DNA from: Vicugna vicugna
Taxonomy: Eukaryota
Assembly: GCA_013265495.1 (NCBI GenBank)
Contig: MU061852.1
Span: forward strand, 3,751,582-3,815,581
Direction: 5' to 3'
DNA length: 64,000 nt
Positions 10,013 through 21,929 of the stretch are shown piece by piece (the stretch's first letter is position 1; every line of letters starts with the position of its first letter). The notes under the pieces were generated by a model. It had not been told where the DNA came from and made no database searches. It worked only from the letters and a program-made list of their open reading frames with translations. The position numbers were made by a program, and so were the translations under genes.

Positions 10013-10786
10013 TAGCTCGTGTGCACACAAACCCTGTGTATGTTAGTTCACTCACTCATTCAGCTGTCTGTGTCTGCTTCCCAGGCATTCAACAAGAACG
10101 CTCCGTGAGCACAAGACAGGAGATGGTGGAGGAATAAGACACAGCTCCCAGCTCCCCAAAGCTCAGACTGCCACAGAGGCAATTCCAGCCCAGGGTGAGA
10201 GGTGCCATGATGGAAGAAGCATCTGGGAGCCGAGCAGAGATTCCCCCCACCCCACCCCGGGGAAGAAGTCTGAGCTGTGTTACTGGGGCACGGGGAGGGA
10301 GCAACACCTCAGGTAGAAGGAACAGCCAGAGAGCCACGTGAGTGGTGGGGCAAGAAGGGCAGACCCCAAGCCCTGTGCTTGCATGGAAAATCTGGGGCGA
10401 GCCACCAGGAAGGGTCAGGTGCCAGCACCCCATCCCACCACGTGTCCAATGGGCCATTTGCCACCAACAAAGCCCTCTTTTGTGTGCAGAGGCCAGAGTG
10501 CAGACACAGAGGCTGGGTACCCTGTGCTGGGATGCGGGCTCTGTGGGCCATTGTTCCCTGGCCCATGTGTGGAGAGCTTGACAAAAAATGAGGCAGTGCC
10601 CAAGCAGCTGCCCCACCACCCCCAGGGGTTCCCTGGTCACTTCAACAAAGTAGGTGGATACCAGGAGAAAGGCAGAAGGGAGGAATAGGAAGTAGGGACC
10701 AGGCAGAGGCCAGGGGGCCTTGGTGGAGACCTCAAGCCTGGGCAGGGGGCAGGCAGTGGGCAGGCAGGTGTGGGGAGCCGTCCTAC

Positions 10787-10902
10787 CTGGGGTCTGGTAG
10801 TTGAGCCTCCGCATCTCCACGGGGTCAGAGGAATGGGCCAGCAAGGAGTCCTTCAGCCCAATTGACTGCTCATCCTTGGACGATGGGGAGTGGGTCCTTT
10901 TC
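10787..10902 (-). CDS. PTPRF: PTPRF exon (~ex22): RKRTHSPSSKDEQ...LNYQTP
   Basis: ctgcag|GAAAAG ... CCAG|gtagga; 116 nt. Confidence 0.98.
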
Positions 10903-11912
10903 CTGCAGAGGCAGAAGGTGGTTGGTGAGAACCGAGGTCCAGGGGGAGGTCAGAGACGCATGGCATGGCTGGCTGCCACAGAGCCTCTGTGTCCACAGCT
11001 CTTCCCCACCTTGCCCCACCCCAGCCTGGGGTCTCTGAGCACAGGGGAGCCAGGGCCAGAGCAGCTTCACATGAGAGAATACAGGTAGGGGTGGGAAGAC
11101 AGCAGGAGTGGGAAGTCCACAGAGGGCCAGTGCAGCGGGAAAGGAAGGGGTCACAGAGGCTGGCGGCTCTTTCGCATGAACAGCAGGTCACTGCTAGGCA
11201 GTGGCTGTTGTCCACAAGGCCCCCACAGCTGAGGAAGCAGGAGCCACCAAGAAGAAACATGCAAATGATACATAAGATATGCAAACATCAGAGAGCTGGG
11301 CCCTAGCCGTCTGGCTGTCAGTATCAGGGTAAATGCACAGAGCAGCAGGGGAGGGACGGGGAAGGCGGCACCCTAGCCAGGCAGAGTCCTCCCTTCCTGG
11401 CTTCAGCTCCCCAGTCTACAAGGACAGAATCAGACACAGACTACGGGGTCCAGTGCTGACAAGTATCCAGGGGCCGCTTCTGCTCGATGGACACAGGTGT
11501 GCTTGGGGAGGGAGAACTTGTAAGAGTGTGCCCGAGTGTGGAGTAGCACACCCTTCCCCGTGCTCTGCGGCCAGCACTCTCTGCACCCAGGCCAGACTCT
11601 GTCTCTTGCAGCGCTAAGGTAATCTCAGAGAACTGGGAGCCAGGGGCAAGGCTCCGGTGAGCTCAGTCAGTCTGTGCACGCAGGGGAAGCATCGGAGGTC
11701 TGTGCTGCCTGTGCCCTAGAGAAGGGGCATCCCCTGTGCAGGGTACTGGTGGAGAGGGTGACAGAGCCTGCCCCATTGCCTGCCGAGCTGCCAGACAGCC
11801 ACAGGCCTGAAGGCTTCCAGTCAAAGCACTGCCCCTCCCTGCGGGGCCCGCCATGTGCATGGGGTAAGAAGTGAAAGGGGAGGCATGTGAAGAGAGAAGG
11901 AAGGACTCCTAC

Positions 11913-11924
11913 CTTTCTTGTTTA
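11913..11924 (-). CDS. PTPRF: PTPRF 12-nt juxtamembrane micro-exon (adds SKQE; probably meD/LASE-b)
   Basis: acctag|TAAACAAGAAAG|gtagga; phase 2-2 matches both flanking exons, giving FK-SKQE-RKR; pyrimidine tract and TGC upstream. Confidence 0.9.
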
Positions 11925-13433
11925 CTAGGTCCCGAAAGACAGGCAAGGACAGAAGAAAGGAACGGTCATTGTTTCTGTCAAGCACTCAGGCCTTCTCATG
12001 ACCGGAAGACACTGCAAGACTGAGCTATAGCACACACGTGGCATTCACAGGGAGGGTCGCCTCTCCTGGCAGACACCAGGACCCAGACAGAAGTGGAGGG
12101 AAGGTGGGGGTGTATGTGGGACCCTCCTCAGGTTCTTCCTGCAGCCGTCTCCAGGAGAACCAGGAGAGCCTGTCCCTATTCACCCTGGGAGGAAGGAGCT
12201 AATTCAGGAAGGAGACATTGGGTCCAGGTCAAGGCTCAGGGTCAGGGCCGGGGAGAGACTGGGCACAAGAACTCCTATGCAGAGATGCATTCAGACATAT
12301 GGACCAACAAGCATTCGTGGACAGTCTAACAATGTTCCCACTGAAGCATCACCCAATGGTGGGAACAGTGTTGGGGAGGGCTGGGGGCCTGGCAGAGCTT
12401 CAGGGCCCCAGAGCCTGGAAAGGAGTCTTGAAGGATGAGCTGACAGTTGCCTGGTGGTCAGGGAGAGCTGCAGAGTGGGGCAGGGCACAGCTGGAGCTGG
12501 CCCTGGAGCTGCATGAGTTTGGTGACAACACTGGCGGTGGTGGTGGTGGCCAGACAAGCCAGACATTCAATTGATAGGCTATAAAACTCTATAGTTAAAA
12601 CTAAGAAGTTAAAGCTAAGAAGTTTTAAACTGAGTGACAAAGTAAATCTTTGGAAACACCTTTCAGGCCTGGAGGAGGATGGAGAGAAAGGGGAGACTCC
12701 AAGAGCTGCAACTAAGAGAGGCCTGAGGCGTGCCATGGGCCAGGTACCCAGCTATGCCTGCATGTGCATTACCTGGTGAGGAGCCCATGGCGGGGGCAGG
12801 TCCAGTGATAGTCAGGACAGGACTCCCGGGGGACTGGGTGGAGTGCGATGGGGGTGGGTGAGGATGACACTCAGGTTTCTGGTTGGTAACTCAATGGATG
12901 GGCCCATCCCCTGGGATAGGGGCCCTGGGGGAGGGTGTGGGAAGGTTCAAGACACCCTGGGGCTGGGACAGCTGTGCAGGCTGCAGTTAACAGCAAGCAC
13001 TGAACAAATGTCTGCCAAGTGAACGTCTGAGGGCATGTGGGCCTGCAGCTGGGTCTGGACCTCTTGAGGCCTGAGCAGGACAGCCAGGCAGGGGAGTCAT
13101 CTAGGGATGGTGGAGGAGGAGGAGCTGAAGATAGGAGACCAGAAGAGGGTGGTGACTTGAAGCTGAGAGACAGACACGCTCACATCCACAGAAACACAGA
13201 GGTGGACAGACAGACATACCCGAGGATGCACGTGATCAGCCCTCTGTGAAGGTTCGGCTCCTCATCACGCCGAGACTCATATCCATGCATGTGCACACAC
13301 ACTGCTTCTGCTCTTCCTGGCTTCCCACTGACCCCAAGGGTGCACTTCTGAGGTGCAGGCCAGGTGTGGCTGCCCTAGGCCCAGGGAGGGCCTGAGAGTC
13401 CAGGGACAGGTGGCCGTCCACTGGAGCACTCAC

Positions 13434-13588
13434 CTCTTGAACAGGAGGATGGCAATAACAATGAGGATGATAAGGATGACCGCCAGGACAGGGCCCGTCA
13501 CCCACAGCATCTCGGGCTCCTCCTGCTGCTGGGCTGGTGTCACCTGGATCACGATCTCATCGGAGTAAGGGCTGGAGGCATAGCGCTT
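13434..13588 (-). CDS. PTPRF: PTPRF exon (~ex21), transmembrane helix: KRYASSPYSDE...VLAVILIILIVIAILLFK
   Basis: ccacag|AAGCGC ... AGAG|gtgagt; 155 nt. Confidence 0.98.
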
Positions 13589-13834
13589 CTGTGGCCGGTG
13601 GAGGAACAACACAGGTGGTGAGCTCAGGGTGAGATCCCCCACTCGCTGCCCCCACAAACCTGGAGAAAGGGCTCTGGGCTTGGTTGGCTGACTGGGCACC
13701 TAGGGTTAGATTAAGTCTGGCCTTCTGGGTCCTAGGGGTTAGTGCCTTGAGACCCCTAGTGCAGGTCTGGGGCCTCTGGGGAGTCTGAGACTGGCCTGGG
13801 GGCTATCTGGTCAGGCTTGGGGTCTCAGGCAGAC

Positions 13835-14059
13835 CTGGTCCACGGGTTCCTTCAGGGAGGCGAGCACAAAGCACTGGTAGCTGAGGTCCGGAGACAGGGG
13901 CCGGTTATAGAATCCCCGGTAGCTCTTCTTGTCCCCCAGGGTGAAGGTATCAGGGAGCACATCCACCTGAGCAGCCACATAGGGCTTCAGCCGCTCTGCC
14001 TGCCGCCGCCGCCGCCGCCGCTGCTGCTCCGTGTCACCCTGCTCGATGGCCTCCAGAAG
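13835..14059 (-). CDS. PTPRF: PTPRF exon (~ex20) with poly-Arg E/P-subunit cleavage site: LLEAIEQGDTEQQRRRRRRQAE...EPVDQ
   Basis: catcag|CTTCTG ... CCAG|gtctgc; 225 nt. Confidence 0.97.
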
Positions 14060-14597
14060 CTGATGGAGCAGAGCACGGGAGTCACGCGGAGCCCTGCAGC
14101 ACACGCTCCCGGGCCTGGGGCCTGCCCCACTGTGCTTGTAGAATCACGCCAGACACGAGACATGACAATCACTTCCCTGAGCCACCCCAGTGAGAAGGGG
14201 CCCTCCAGGTAACCTGCCTGTCACCCTAACCAGAGAGGGCTGGTTCCACACCACTGCGAGAAGAGGGCGGAGAGTTCCAAATGTGTTGGGGCTCCACTCT
14301 AACCCCTCTGTGGCCTCAAAGCCTTCGAGACTCTAAGCTTGCAGGACCCGAGACTCTGCAGAGATGTCTCTGCCACTTCCCACCCCAGGGGATCCTCCAC
14401 AAACCCTCTGGGGATTCTCTGTGAGCCCTCCAGGAGTTCTCTAACAGCTCTCAGGGGCCAACTCAGAGTCTCTCTCCCCTGAGAGGGGGGCAGGCAGCCA
14501 GCAAGAGAGTGATTCCAGTTTGAGGGAGTCCCAGGGGCCACTGCCAACCACTGCAATGGGACTGTCACCAGTGCTGCCTCGCATGGCCCCCAGGCAC

Positions 14598-14691
14598 CTC
14601 ATCCAGCTCCAGCTCCTCGGGTGTGCTCCACCGGGGTGTCAGCATGCTCCCTCCCACACGGTCAATGGGCACCACCATGATGTAGAACCAC
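14598..14691 (-). CDS. PTPRF: PTPRF exon (~ex19): WFYIMVVPIDRV...ELELDE
   Basis: cgccag|GTGGTT ... TGAG|gtgcct; 94 nt. Confidence 0.97.
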
Positions 14692-14770
14692 CTGGCGGGC
14701 AGAGTGGGAATCAGGAACATCATTGCCCGTGTTTGCATCGCCAGCCTCCCCTGAAGCCTCGTCTGCTCAC

Positions 14771-15024
14771 CTGACCAGTGAGGGGTCCTGCACATGGGGC
14801 ATGGAGAGCGTGAAGCGGCCATCCTCGATGTAGGCAGAGGCTGGCAGCGGCTTGTGTGGAAGGAGGTCAGGGGCCGTGCGGATGGACACGAGGTGCTGCA
14901 GGCCCCCTGCACTACTGCCGCGGTTCATCAGCACAAACGAGTACTCTGTGTTCGGCTGCAGGTCTGCAATCAGCTTCCGCATGGAGTGCCCGTCCACCTC
15001 CACACTCTGCCCATTGTACAGAAT
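14771..15024 (-). CDS. PTPRF: PTPRF exon (~ex18): ILYNGQSVEV...QDPSLVR
   Basis: cggcag|ATTCTG ... TCAG|gtgagc; 254 nt. Confidence 0.98.
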
Positions 15025-15210
15025 CTGCCGGGAAGAGGGCAGGCAGCACGTTTGGGTGAGGCCTCCCATCACAGGCCTGCAGCCATAGCACATGCGCGCA
15101 CCTAACCAGGACCCGGCATCACATGGCATCAGCATGCATGCCTGGGACCAGAGTGAGGGCCCACAGCAGGACTCCGTGTGTGCCAGGCATGGCTGGCTGG
15201 CTTCACCCAC

Positions 15211-15308
15211 CTTGAAGGGTACAGCTGACTTGTAGGAATCGGGGACCTCCCAGCTGAGCAGCACAGATGTCTTCATGGCAGCCGCCACTCTGAAGTTCTT
15301 GGCAAACA
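15211..15308 (-). CDS. PTPRF: PTPRF exon (~ex17), FN3-8 start: VFAKNFRVAAA...AVPFK
   Basis: caacag|TGTTTG ... CAAG|gtgggt; 98 nt. Confidence 0.98.
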
Positions 15309-15975
15309 CTGTTGGGATGTAAGAAGGGAGTCAGCTCTGACTGCATAACTGGGGTGAATGGGCCTGAAGGGGTTCCCCAGGAAGAGATGTGGGGGTAGTG
15401 CAGAGGGTTAGGAACGGCTGCAGAGGACCAGGCACCCCTACTCCTTCCAGCTTCAACTGCACAGTTCAGCTCCCAGCTCCGGCTCCTCCTCACAGTGGGC
15501 ACAGAGTGGGGCAGACGCTGCAGGACCCGTGGTCAGGATCTCCAGAAGTGCTTGGGTGAAGCTGGAACTTATACATATCAGGTCAGAGTGATCAGAGGTC
15601 AGTGGGATTCGGTCACAAGCAGCATGTGGCTGCACACCAGAAAGCACAGCAGATCATGTTCACTAGACATCAGGGGGTCATGGCCCCGAGAGATTAGCAT
15701 TGTGTACCCCAGAGTGGTGATGCAGTCAAAAGAGATCAGTGGGTTAGGGTCACAAGAGATTGGAGAGTCACACAGCAGAGGTCAGTAGGTTAAGGACAGC
15801 AGAGATCAGGGGTCACACACTGAGAATGTGGCGCCCATTTGCTAGAGGTTAGTGGTCACGGTCATGAGAGATTGGAGCGTCACACACCAGAGGCTGGTGG
15901 ATCACAGTCGCCAGAGGTCAGTGGGTGAAGGAGAGCAGAGGTCCCCAGGCGCAGCCACGTGCCCACAGCACACAC

Positions 15976-16554
15976 CTTGCTCCACGGGCATGGTCCGGGA
16001 CTGGATGCTGGGGCTGAGTGGGCCGGCGCCTTTGCTGGTGCGTGCACGGACCTTGACGTCATACGTGGTGTCTGGCCTGAGGCCTGAGAGTGTCAGGTGG
16101 GTCTCGGCAGTGATGTTCTGCAGCTCCTGCTGGCTGTTGATGTCACGGTACACCACGGTGTAGTTGGTGATGCGCCCATTCCTCTCCGCCAGCACCGGGG
16201 GGTCCCAGCTCAGTTCCGTGGTAGACGTGGTCAGCCCTATCACACGCAGGTTTTGGGGGAAACCGCTGGGCACGTCCTCAGGGGTCGTGATCTCCTTCTC
16301 AAACTCCTCGCCTGGGCCGGCCCGGTTCTTGGCAGCAAGCCGGAAGATGTAGGTGGCCCCTTTGTGCAGGCCAGTGATTGTAAAGTGCTGGTCGTCCTTG
16401 CCGAAGTCGATGGTGTTGGGCCGCGCCTCGTCGGCTCGGCGGTACTGCAGCCGGTAGCCCAACAGCTCACCAGGCAGCTCCTTGGGTGGGTGCCACTGGA
16501 GCAGCGCAGTGTTCATGGCCGTGGTGCTGACCATCATGGTGGGCCGGCCTGGGA
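15976..16554 (-). CDS. PTPRF: PTPRF exon (~ex16), FN3-6 and FN3-7: VPGRPTMMVS...TMPVEQ
   Basis: gttcag|TCCCAG ... CAAG|gtgtgt; 579 nt. Confidence 0.98.
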
Positions 16555-16632
16555 CTGAACAACCACGCACTGGGTTCTGGTCCTGCCCTCCTGATGGCCC
16601 CACCCTCGGCTCTGGCCCTGACCCTCACTCAC

Positions 16633-16750
16633 CTGCCCCTGTGGTCGTGACAATTTTGGGCTTGCTGCGGGCACCATCTCCCTTGGTGGTGTAGGCGGCA
16701 ACAGTAATGGAGTAGGTGGTCTCCGGGGTCAGGCCACTGATGGTGGTTTC
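16633..16750 (-). CDS. PTPRF: PTPRF exon (~ex15), FN3-5 C-part: [11 protein letters not shown]...IVTTTGA
   Basis: ccttag|GAAACC ... GCAG|gtgagt; 118 nt; not in the ORF track in this frame. Confidence 0.97.
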
Positions 16751-18041
16751 CTAAGGGAGGAGGAGGGGCCCATTCCCATCACAGGAGAGCAAGGAGGGGC
16801 TAGACCAGGCCAGCCCCCTCGGGACTGAAGCTGGTGGGGCAACCCCAGGGCCGGAGATTCTGCGAGAGTGGGCTGTGCAATGCCGGACTCTGCTGGAGGC
16901 AGAACAGGCAGGGGATGGGTACCCAGAAGGACCCTGTCCATCCTAGGAGCCACATGCCTGGGGCAGACAGCTCATTCTTGCTTTCAGACAAAAACAAAGG
17001 GCCACACTGTTCCTTCACTCCATTGTACCTCGTAAGGTCTGGACACACGTTACACACAGCCTCGCATGCACATAGAACCTCGAATGGCTCTTGGCACGCA
17101 CACGCATGCAGCCTACAGCTCCTCCTGCACTAGCAGGCGGACGGCCACCTGTGGGTACTAACACACGCACACGAGAGTGGAGGGGTGAGCCAAGGCGCCA
17201 CCCTGCGGGACCAAGTCAGGACCCCCTCCTGCCCCATCCAGGCACCGCCTCTGTGAGCACCTTACGCTCTGCAATGCTTCTTGAGACAGGGAGGAAAGAG
17301 AGGACAGGAAAACCACCCCCAGAAACATACTTCCCCACCGCCCCCAGTGATGCCTGAGAACTCAGCTAGGGCAGTGTTCCCCCTGTCTTGGCAGGCTCTG
17401 CCCATATACCCATCCCCAGCCAAGGCATCATTTCCGGACATGCGGAGAAAACCACGGGAGGCTAAGCCACACCACACAGAGGGAAGAGTGGGAAGAGGGG
17501 AGGGAAACACCGCTCAGTGGGAATAGAGCTGTCACCACCAACCCTGGCGTCCCTCCAGCTCTGAGCCTCAGGTGGGGCCACTGCAGCCGCCACCAACCCC
17601 TTGCAGGCCCCCTCCTGCCCTGGCTGGAGGGTCTCCCAGGGCTGGGGCTCCAGAATGCACCAATGCTGGAACCCAGCTCCCCGGACTCCCCTCCCAGCCT
17701 GGACCCAGAGCAGGTGATTTTTCACTCCAGGGATCAATAAAGCCTAACGATCAGGATCGGATTTAACTCTATCCCCGTCTGGCCAGAGCAGGGGCCAGGC
17801 CCTGGTCGATCGCGAACACTGGCCTGAAATTGCTGCTCGACAGGCGAGAAGGTAAGGATTAGAGGAAATGCCAGTCGCTGCTCAGCTTGGGGCTCGCGCC
17901 TAAATGCCAATTTTCTCTGGATGTGGCTGGTGCCCTGTGGATCTTGGTGGCTCAGGCTGGGAGGAGAGGTGGAGGAGGGGGAGTGTCCCACGAGCCCAGC
18001 CTGACCCAAGTCTTGCCCGCGCTCGCACACCTCTTACTTAC

Positions 18042-18068
18042 ATAGTCCTCGGACTCCTCTGGCCGCCA
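18042..18068 (-). CDS. PTPRF: PTPRF micro-exon meC / LASE-c, 27 nt (WRPEESEDY)
   Basis: ggtcag|TGGCGG...GACTAT|gtaagt; phase 0-0; long CT-rich tract upstream. Confidence 0.97.
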
Positions 18069-20913
18069 CTGACCGCGGGAGAGGGAGAGAAAGGGAGACA
18101 GGATGTGAAGGACTCTGGCCCCGAGGGGCCTGGCCCGGGGAGGGCAGATGGCGGGCATGGGCCTCTGAAGTGCCCAGGAGTGGCACCCCAGGACCACTCC
18201 CTGTCCGAAGATCCCAGCCCCCGCCTCACGAGCCCAACTGTGTGTGAGCCCAGCTATGTGCGCCAGGGATGAGGAGGGGAGGCCTGGAGGGCAGTGGGCT
18301 GGAGGGAGAGGGCTCCCAGAAACTGAGGAGGTCACACAGCGCCACCTGGAGGTGCTCTGAGGGAGAGACTGCCGGACATGGCAGAGGGGAGACACGAGGG
18401 TGAGTATGGTGACTGTGCCCTTGGGTTGCCTCAGACAGTCCTGGCCTAGGCTTGCTGTATTGGAATGAGTATTCACAGCATTTCTTTTCACTCTCAGAAG
18501 TATCCCAGTTGAGAAGATAGGGTATCCAGTCACCCTAGGCAAGGAGGGTTGTCCCAGGAACAGCAGGAGCTGTACTGTGGCTGGAAGGGGCTGGGGCAGG
18601 CTGGCCAGCAAGACGAAGGCTGCAAGTGCCAAGCTTGAAGCCTGGATCCTGCCCCAAGGCACGAGCAAATCACTGAGACCCCTGTTCCTTCCTGGGGTGC
18701 CTGATAATCAAGGTAGGGAGCCTCGTTTCGGGGCCGGCACTGCTATTTCTCGAACATTCCACTTTAGGACACTGTGCACAAAGGTATACTAGCTGGACAG
18801 GTGCAGGGAGGGTAGTCCTACGGCACCACTGAGGGTTGGCAGGACAGCACAGGTAGGTGCTCCACAACATCTCCAGACTAGAAGCTCCATGGGGTCCTCC
18901 TGCTCAACCACCCTTGCAGTGCTGGTCTAGTCTCTGCCCAATGGCCCCAGTTCCTCCTGCCCCAGGAAGGTCTCTTGGAAAGTCCTTGCAAGGAGCACAA
19001 GATAACATATGGGAAGAAGCCATCTACTGCCCCCCCAGCCACGGCCACTTTCTAGGGTATGGGAGGGAGAGGCTTGAGATGGGAAGACAGGAGAGAGGAG
19101 AGAAGAGAACAAGACAGACAGAAGCACAGTAGGTAAGAGGGAGACAGAAACAGAGAGAAGATGGAAAAGCAGGCCACAGGAAAGGGACAGAAGGAGACAG
19201 GGAGATGGAGCTGGAGACCACGACAAACGGACAGGCTTGAGATGGAGACATACATGCAAGGAGACAGGTTTGGCTGCACACTCATGGGGGGCACATACCC
19301 CATGCTTCTTTCAGAACTGATGGGGCCTGGGCTAAGCAGATGGTGCTGTGGGGAAGGAGGACAGGCTGTGGTGTCCTTGACCAGGCGCTGGGGGACAGCT
19401 GGGCCCTGTGGCCAACGTGGGGACCAGCCCCATCTGCTCTGCTACTGGCTTGGAGCAGAATGACCCAGTCCCGGGAGGTGATGGTGCTGCAAGGGCAGGC
19501 CCTCCACCTTCACTTCGCTCCCCTGGAGCCCAGGCTCATCATTACCTTCTGTCATAGGGTATCCATAGCCAAGAGGACGGTGTCCCTTGTCCTATGGCCC
19601 AGCTCCTTTCAAACCACTTGGGACCAGAAGGGGGCACTCAAAGTGGCTTCTCTGAAACCCCACTGGCTGCAGCCGTGCTGCTGGCCCCCTAGGGTGGGAG
19701 GGACTGGACAGAGCCCATTCCCAGGATGTTTCTGGGTGGGTGTGTCCGCTGAAGCTCCGGGAAGAGCCCTCAACCTGCGCCGGAATGCAGGCGGGTCCAC
19801 AGCCTCCTCCACCCCGTTCCTTCAGCACTGGGCAGGCTGAGAGGAGGAAGAAGGCGTCCTTTGGGCAGAGGGCTGAGCCCAGCAGATGGCATGAAGGCCC
19901 TGTCTTGTCTATGGGTGAGTCCATCCCTCAGCACAGCACGCAGAACACAGGGTACATGTTTGCACCGCTGACCCCAGCCCAGGTAGGGTGAAAACTGAAT
20001 GGGGAGGGGGGAGGGTGTGTGGGTTCTTGGAGGGAATCTGGGCTTCTTTCTCCACAGCGCTGCCCTCTGTGGATCCCTCCAAGGCCCTGATTCTCGATGG
20101 GAAGCCTCTGAGCACAGACACACCAAGTATTGTGACTTTTCAGCAGATTATTTTGGGAGGGAACTCGTGGTAGCAATTATAGCCCTTTCCCAGGAGTCTG
20201 GAGACTTGGCTTCTTATCCACCCCTTACTGGGAAATTCTGGCCCACTTGCCTAACCGCCTAGTACCTCAGGTTCTCCATCTGAATAGCAAACCAGTGCTG
20301 AGAATACCCCAGCGACCTCACCCCAAGCTCACCCCTAGGGACAGAAGGGCACAGAGGAAGGTATGAGACTGGCTGGCAGGCCCAGCCCTTGAGAGTAAAC
20401 ATCAGGGGCTGAGCCATCCTCTGCGGGCAAAGCACGGAGCAAAACCCCAGCCTGGCTATTCACAGGACTCTGCGATGCCAAGGGCCAAGTCGGGGGAGAG
20501 GACAGCCCTTGGCTGTAGGAGGAGCAGCTGCATCTCCTAAGCCCAGCCTAAGTGTGACAGCGAATGTACTTCCTGCAAACCACAAAGGAAGGCTTGTGGG
20601 GACTGAGGACAGAGCTCACTGCTAGTGCTGGTGGCTGAGCCACAGACTGCCAGGCTGTCACCTGGGCAGATGGGGCTGACAGGGTCTGGGATGACACAGC
20701 TTAGGCAGACCCAAGACAGAGGAGGGAGTGCTCCTGACACCTCGTCCTAACCACCTGGTCCCAGCACTTCCCTAGCCTGATGCAGCAGGACGTCTTGGTG
20801 TCACAGTCCCTCTGACAGCAGGCAGGGGCAGGAAGCAAACCTGGGCTCCAAAGAGGAAGCAAAGCATGCTGGCCTCGCTCACCCTCCCACCCCAGCACCT
20901 CCCAGTGACACAC

Positions 20914-21107
20914 CTGGGCCTCGGCCAGCATGACGTCCTGGATGATGGGGGGGCCCCGGGGCTCGCCATTCTCCAGCCGCACATAGGTGACCTGGTAGCC
21001 GCGGATCTGGCCATGCTGCTTGCTGGGGACAGGCAGCTTCCAGGAGACGTGCACCGCCGTGGAGTTCAGTGGCTCCACCTCTACCTTCCTCGGTGGCCCG
21101 CTGGGCA
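20914..21107 (-). CDS. PTPRF: PTPRF exon (~ex13), FN3-5 N-part: [10 protein letters not shown]...MLAEAQ
   Basis: tcccag|TGCCCA ... CCAG|gtgtgt; 194 nt. Confidence 0.98.
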
Positions 21108-21623
21108 CTGGGAACCAGGTGGAGAAGGAAGTCAGGCCCATGGTACGGATCTGGGCTCAGTTAGGCACAGAACATTCCAGGACCTTCCCCACGGCCCCAG
21201 GAAAGGATCTGATGCAGTTTCCTTAGGCTGTCTGTCCCTGGAGGGGAACGTGGAAGGCTCCCTCTGCCTGGCACAGGGAAGAGTCGGGGACCCTGTCACC
21301 TCTCTGGCTCAAGGCTAACCTCACTTGGTGGGGAGGATAGCAGTGGGGGAACTGGGTGAAGGTGGGGCACCAGGCCTTCCACCACCCCAAGTCAACCTGT
21401 CCTATCTCTTCCTGGGCCCCACATCACGCCAACATCTAGTCAAGGCAGAGTCTAGTTGATTCTACTGAGTGTCTCTTGCACCTCCCCAGTTTGGACTATT
21501 AAGCCTACACCAGAAAGATGATGTGTCCTTCTGGGCTTGCAGGAGGTCAAGGCCCTGGGAGCCAGGTGGGTGGTGTCCTGGCAGAGCAGCCACCCTCCCC
21601 ACCCACCCCTCAGCGCCGCCTAC

Positions 21624-21929
21624 CGTCCTCGTCGGTGCGCACCAGAACCGGGCTGCTCTCGGGGCCGGGGCCCACGTCTGTGTGCGCCCGCACCCACACC
21701 CGGTACTCCGTCCACTTCTCCAGGCCCACCAGGTCCCAGCTGGAGTGCTCGCGGCCGATGCCGTCCACCACGTGCCGCCCGCGGTCCTCGCCGTCCACCG
21801 CCTCGTAGGCCACTGAGTACTGGGTGATAACGCCGTTGCGGCTGTCGGCTGGTGGTGGGACCCAACTTACCCGGACTGTGGTGGAGCCCACGCTCACACA
21901 CGTCACCTTCTGGGGAGGGGCGGAGGGGG
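21624..21929 (-). CDS. PTPRF: PTPRF exon (~ex12), FN3-4: TPSAPPQKVTC...VRTDED
   Basis: ccccag|CCCCCT ... GACG|gtaggc; 306 nt; symmetric phase 1-1. Confidence 0.98.

Noticed and set aside
13586-13591. NAGNAG acceptor (CAG AAG) at the TM exon
   Set aside because: The distal AAG is a poor acceptor and the effect would be loss of one Lys; common and unsupported.
19051-19260. Long sense polypyrimidine tract ending in ccctag, as a cryptic or terminal exon before meC
   Set aside because: No good downstream donor and no AATAAA seen before meC.
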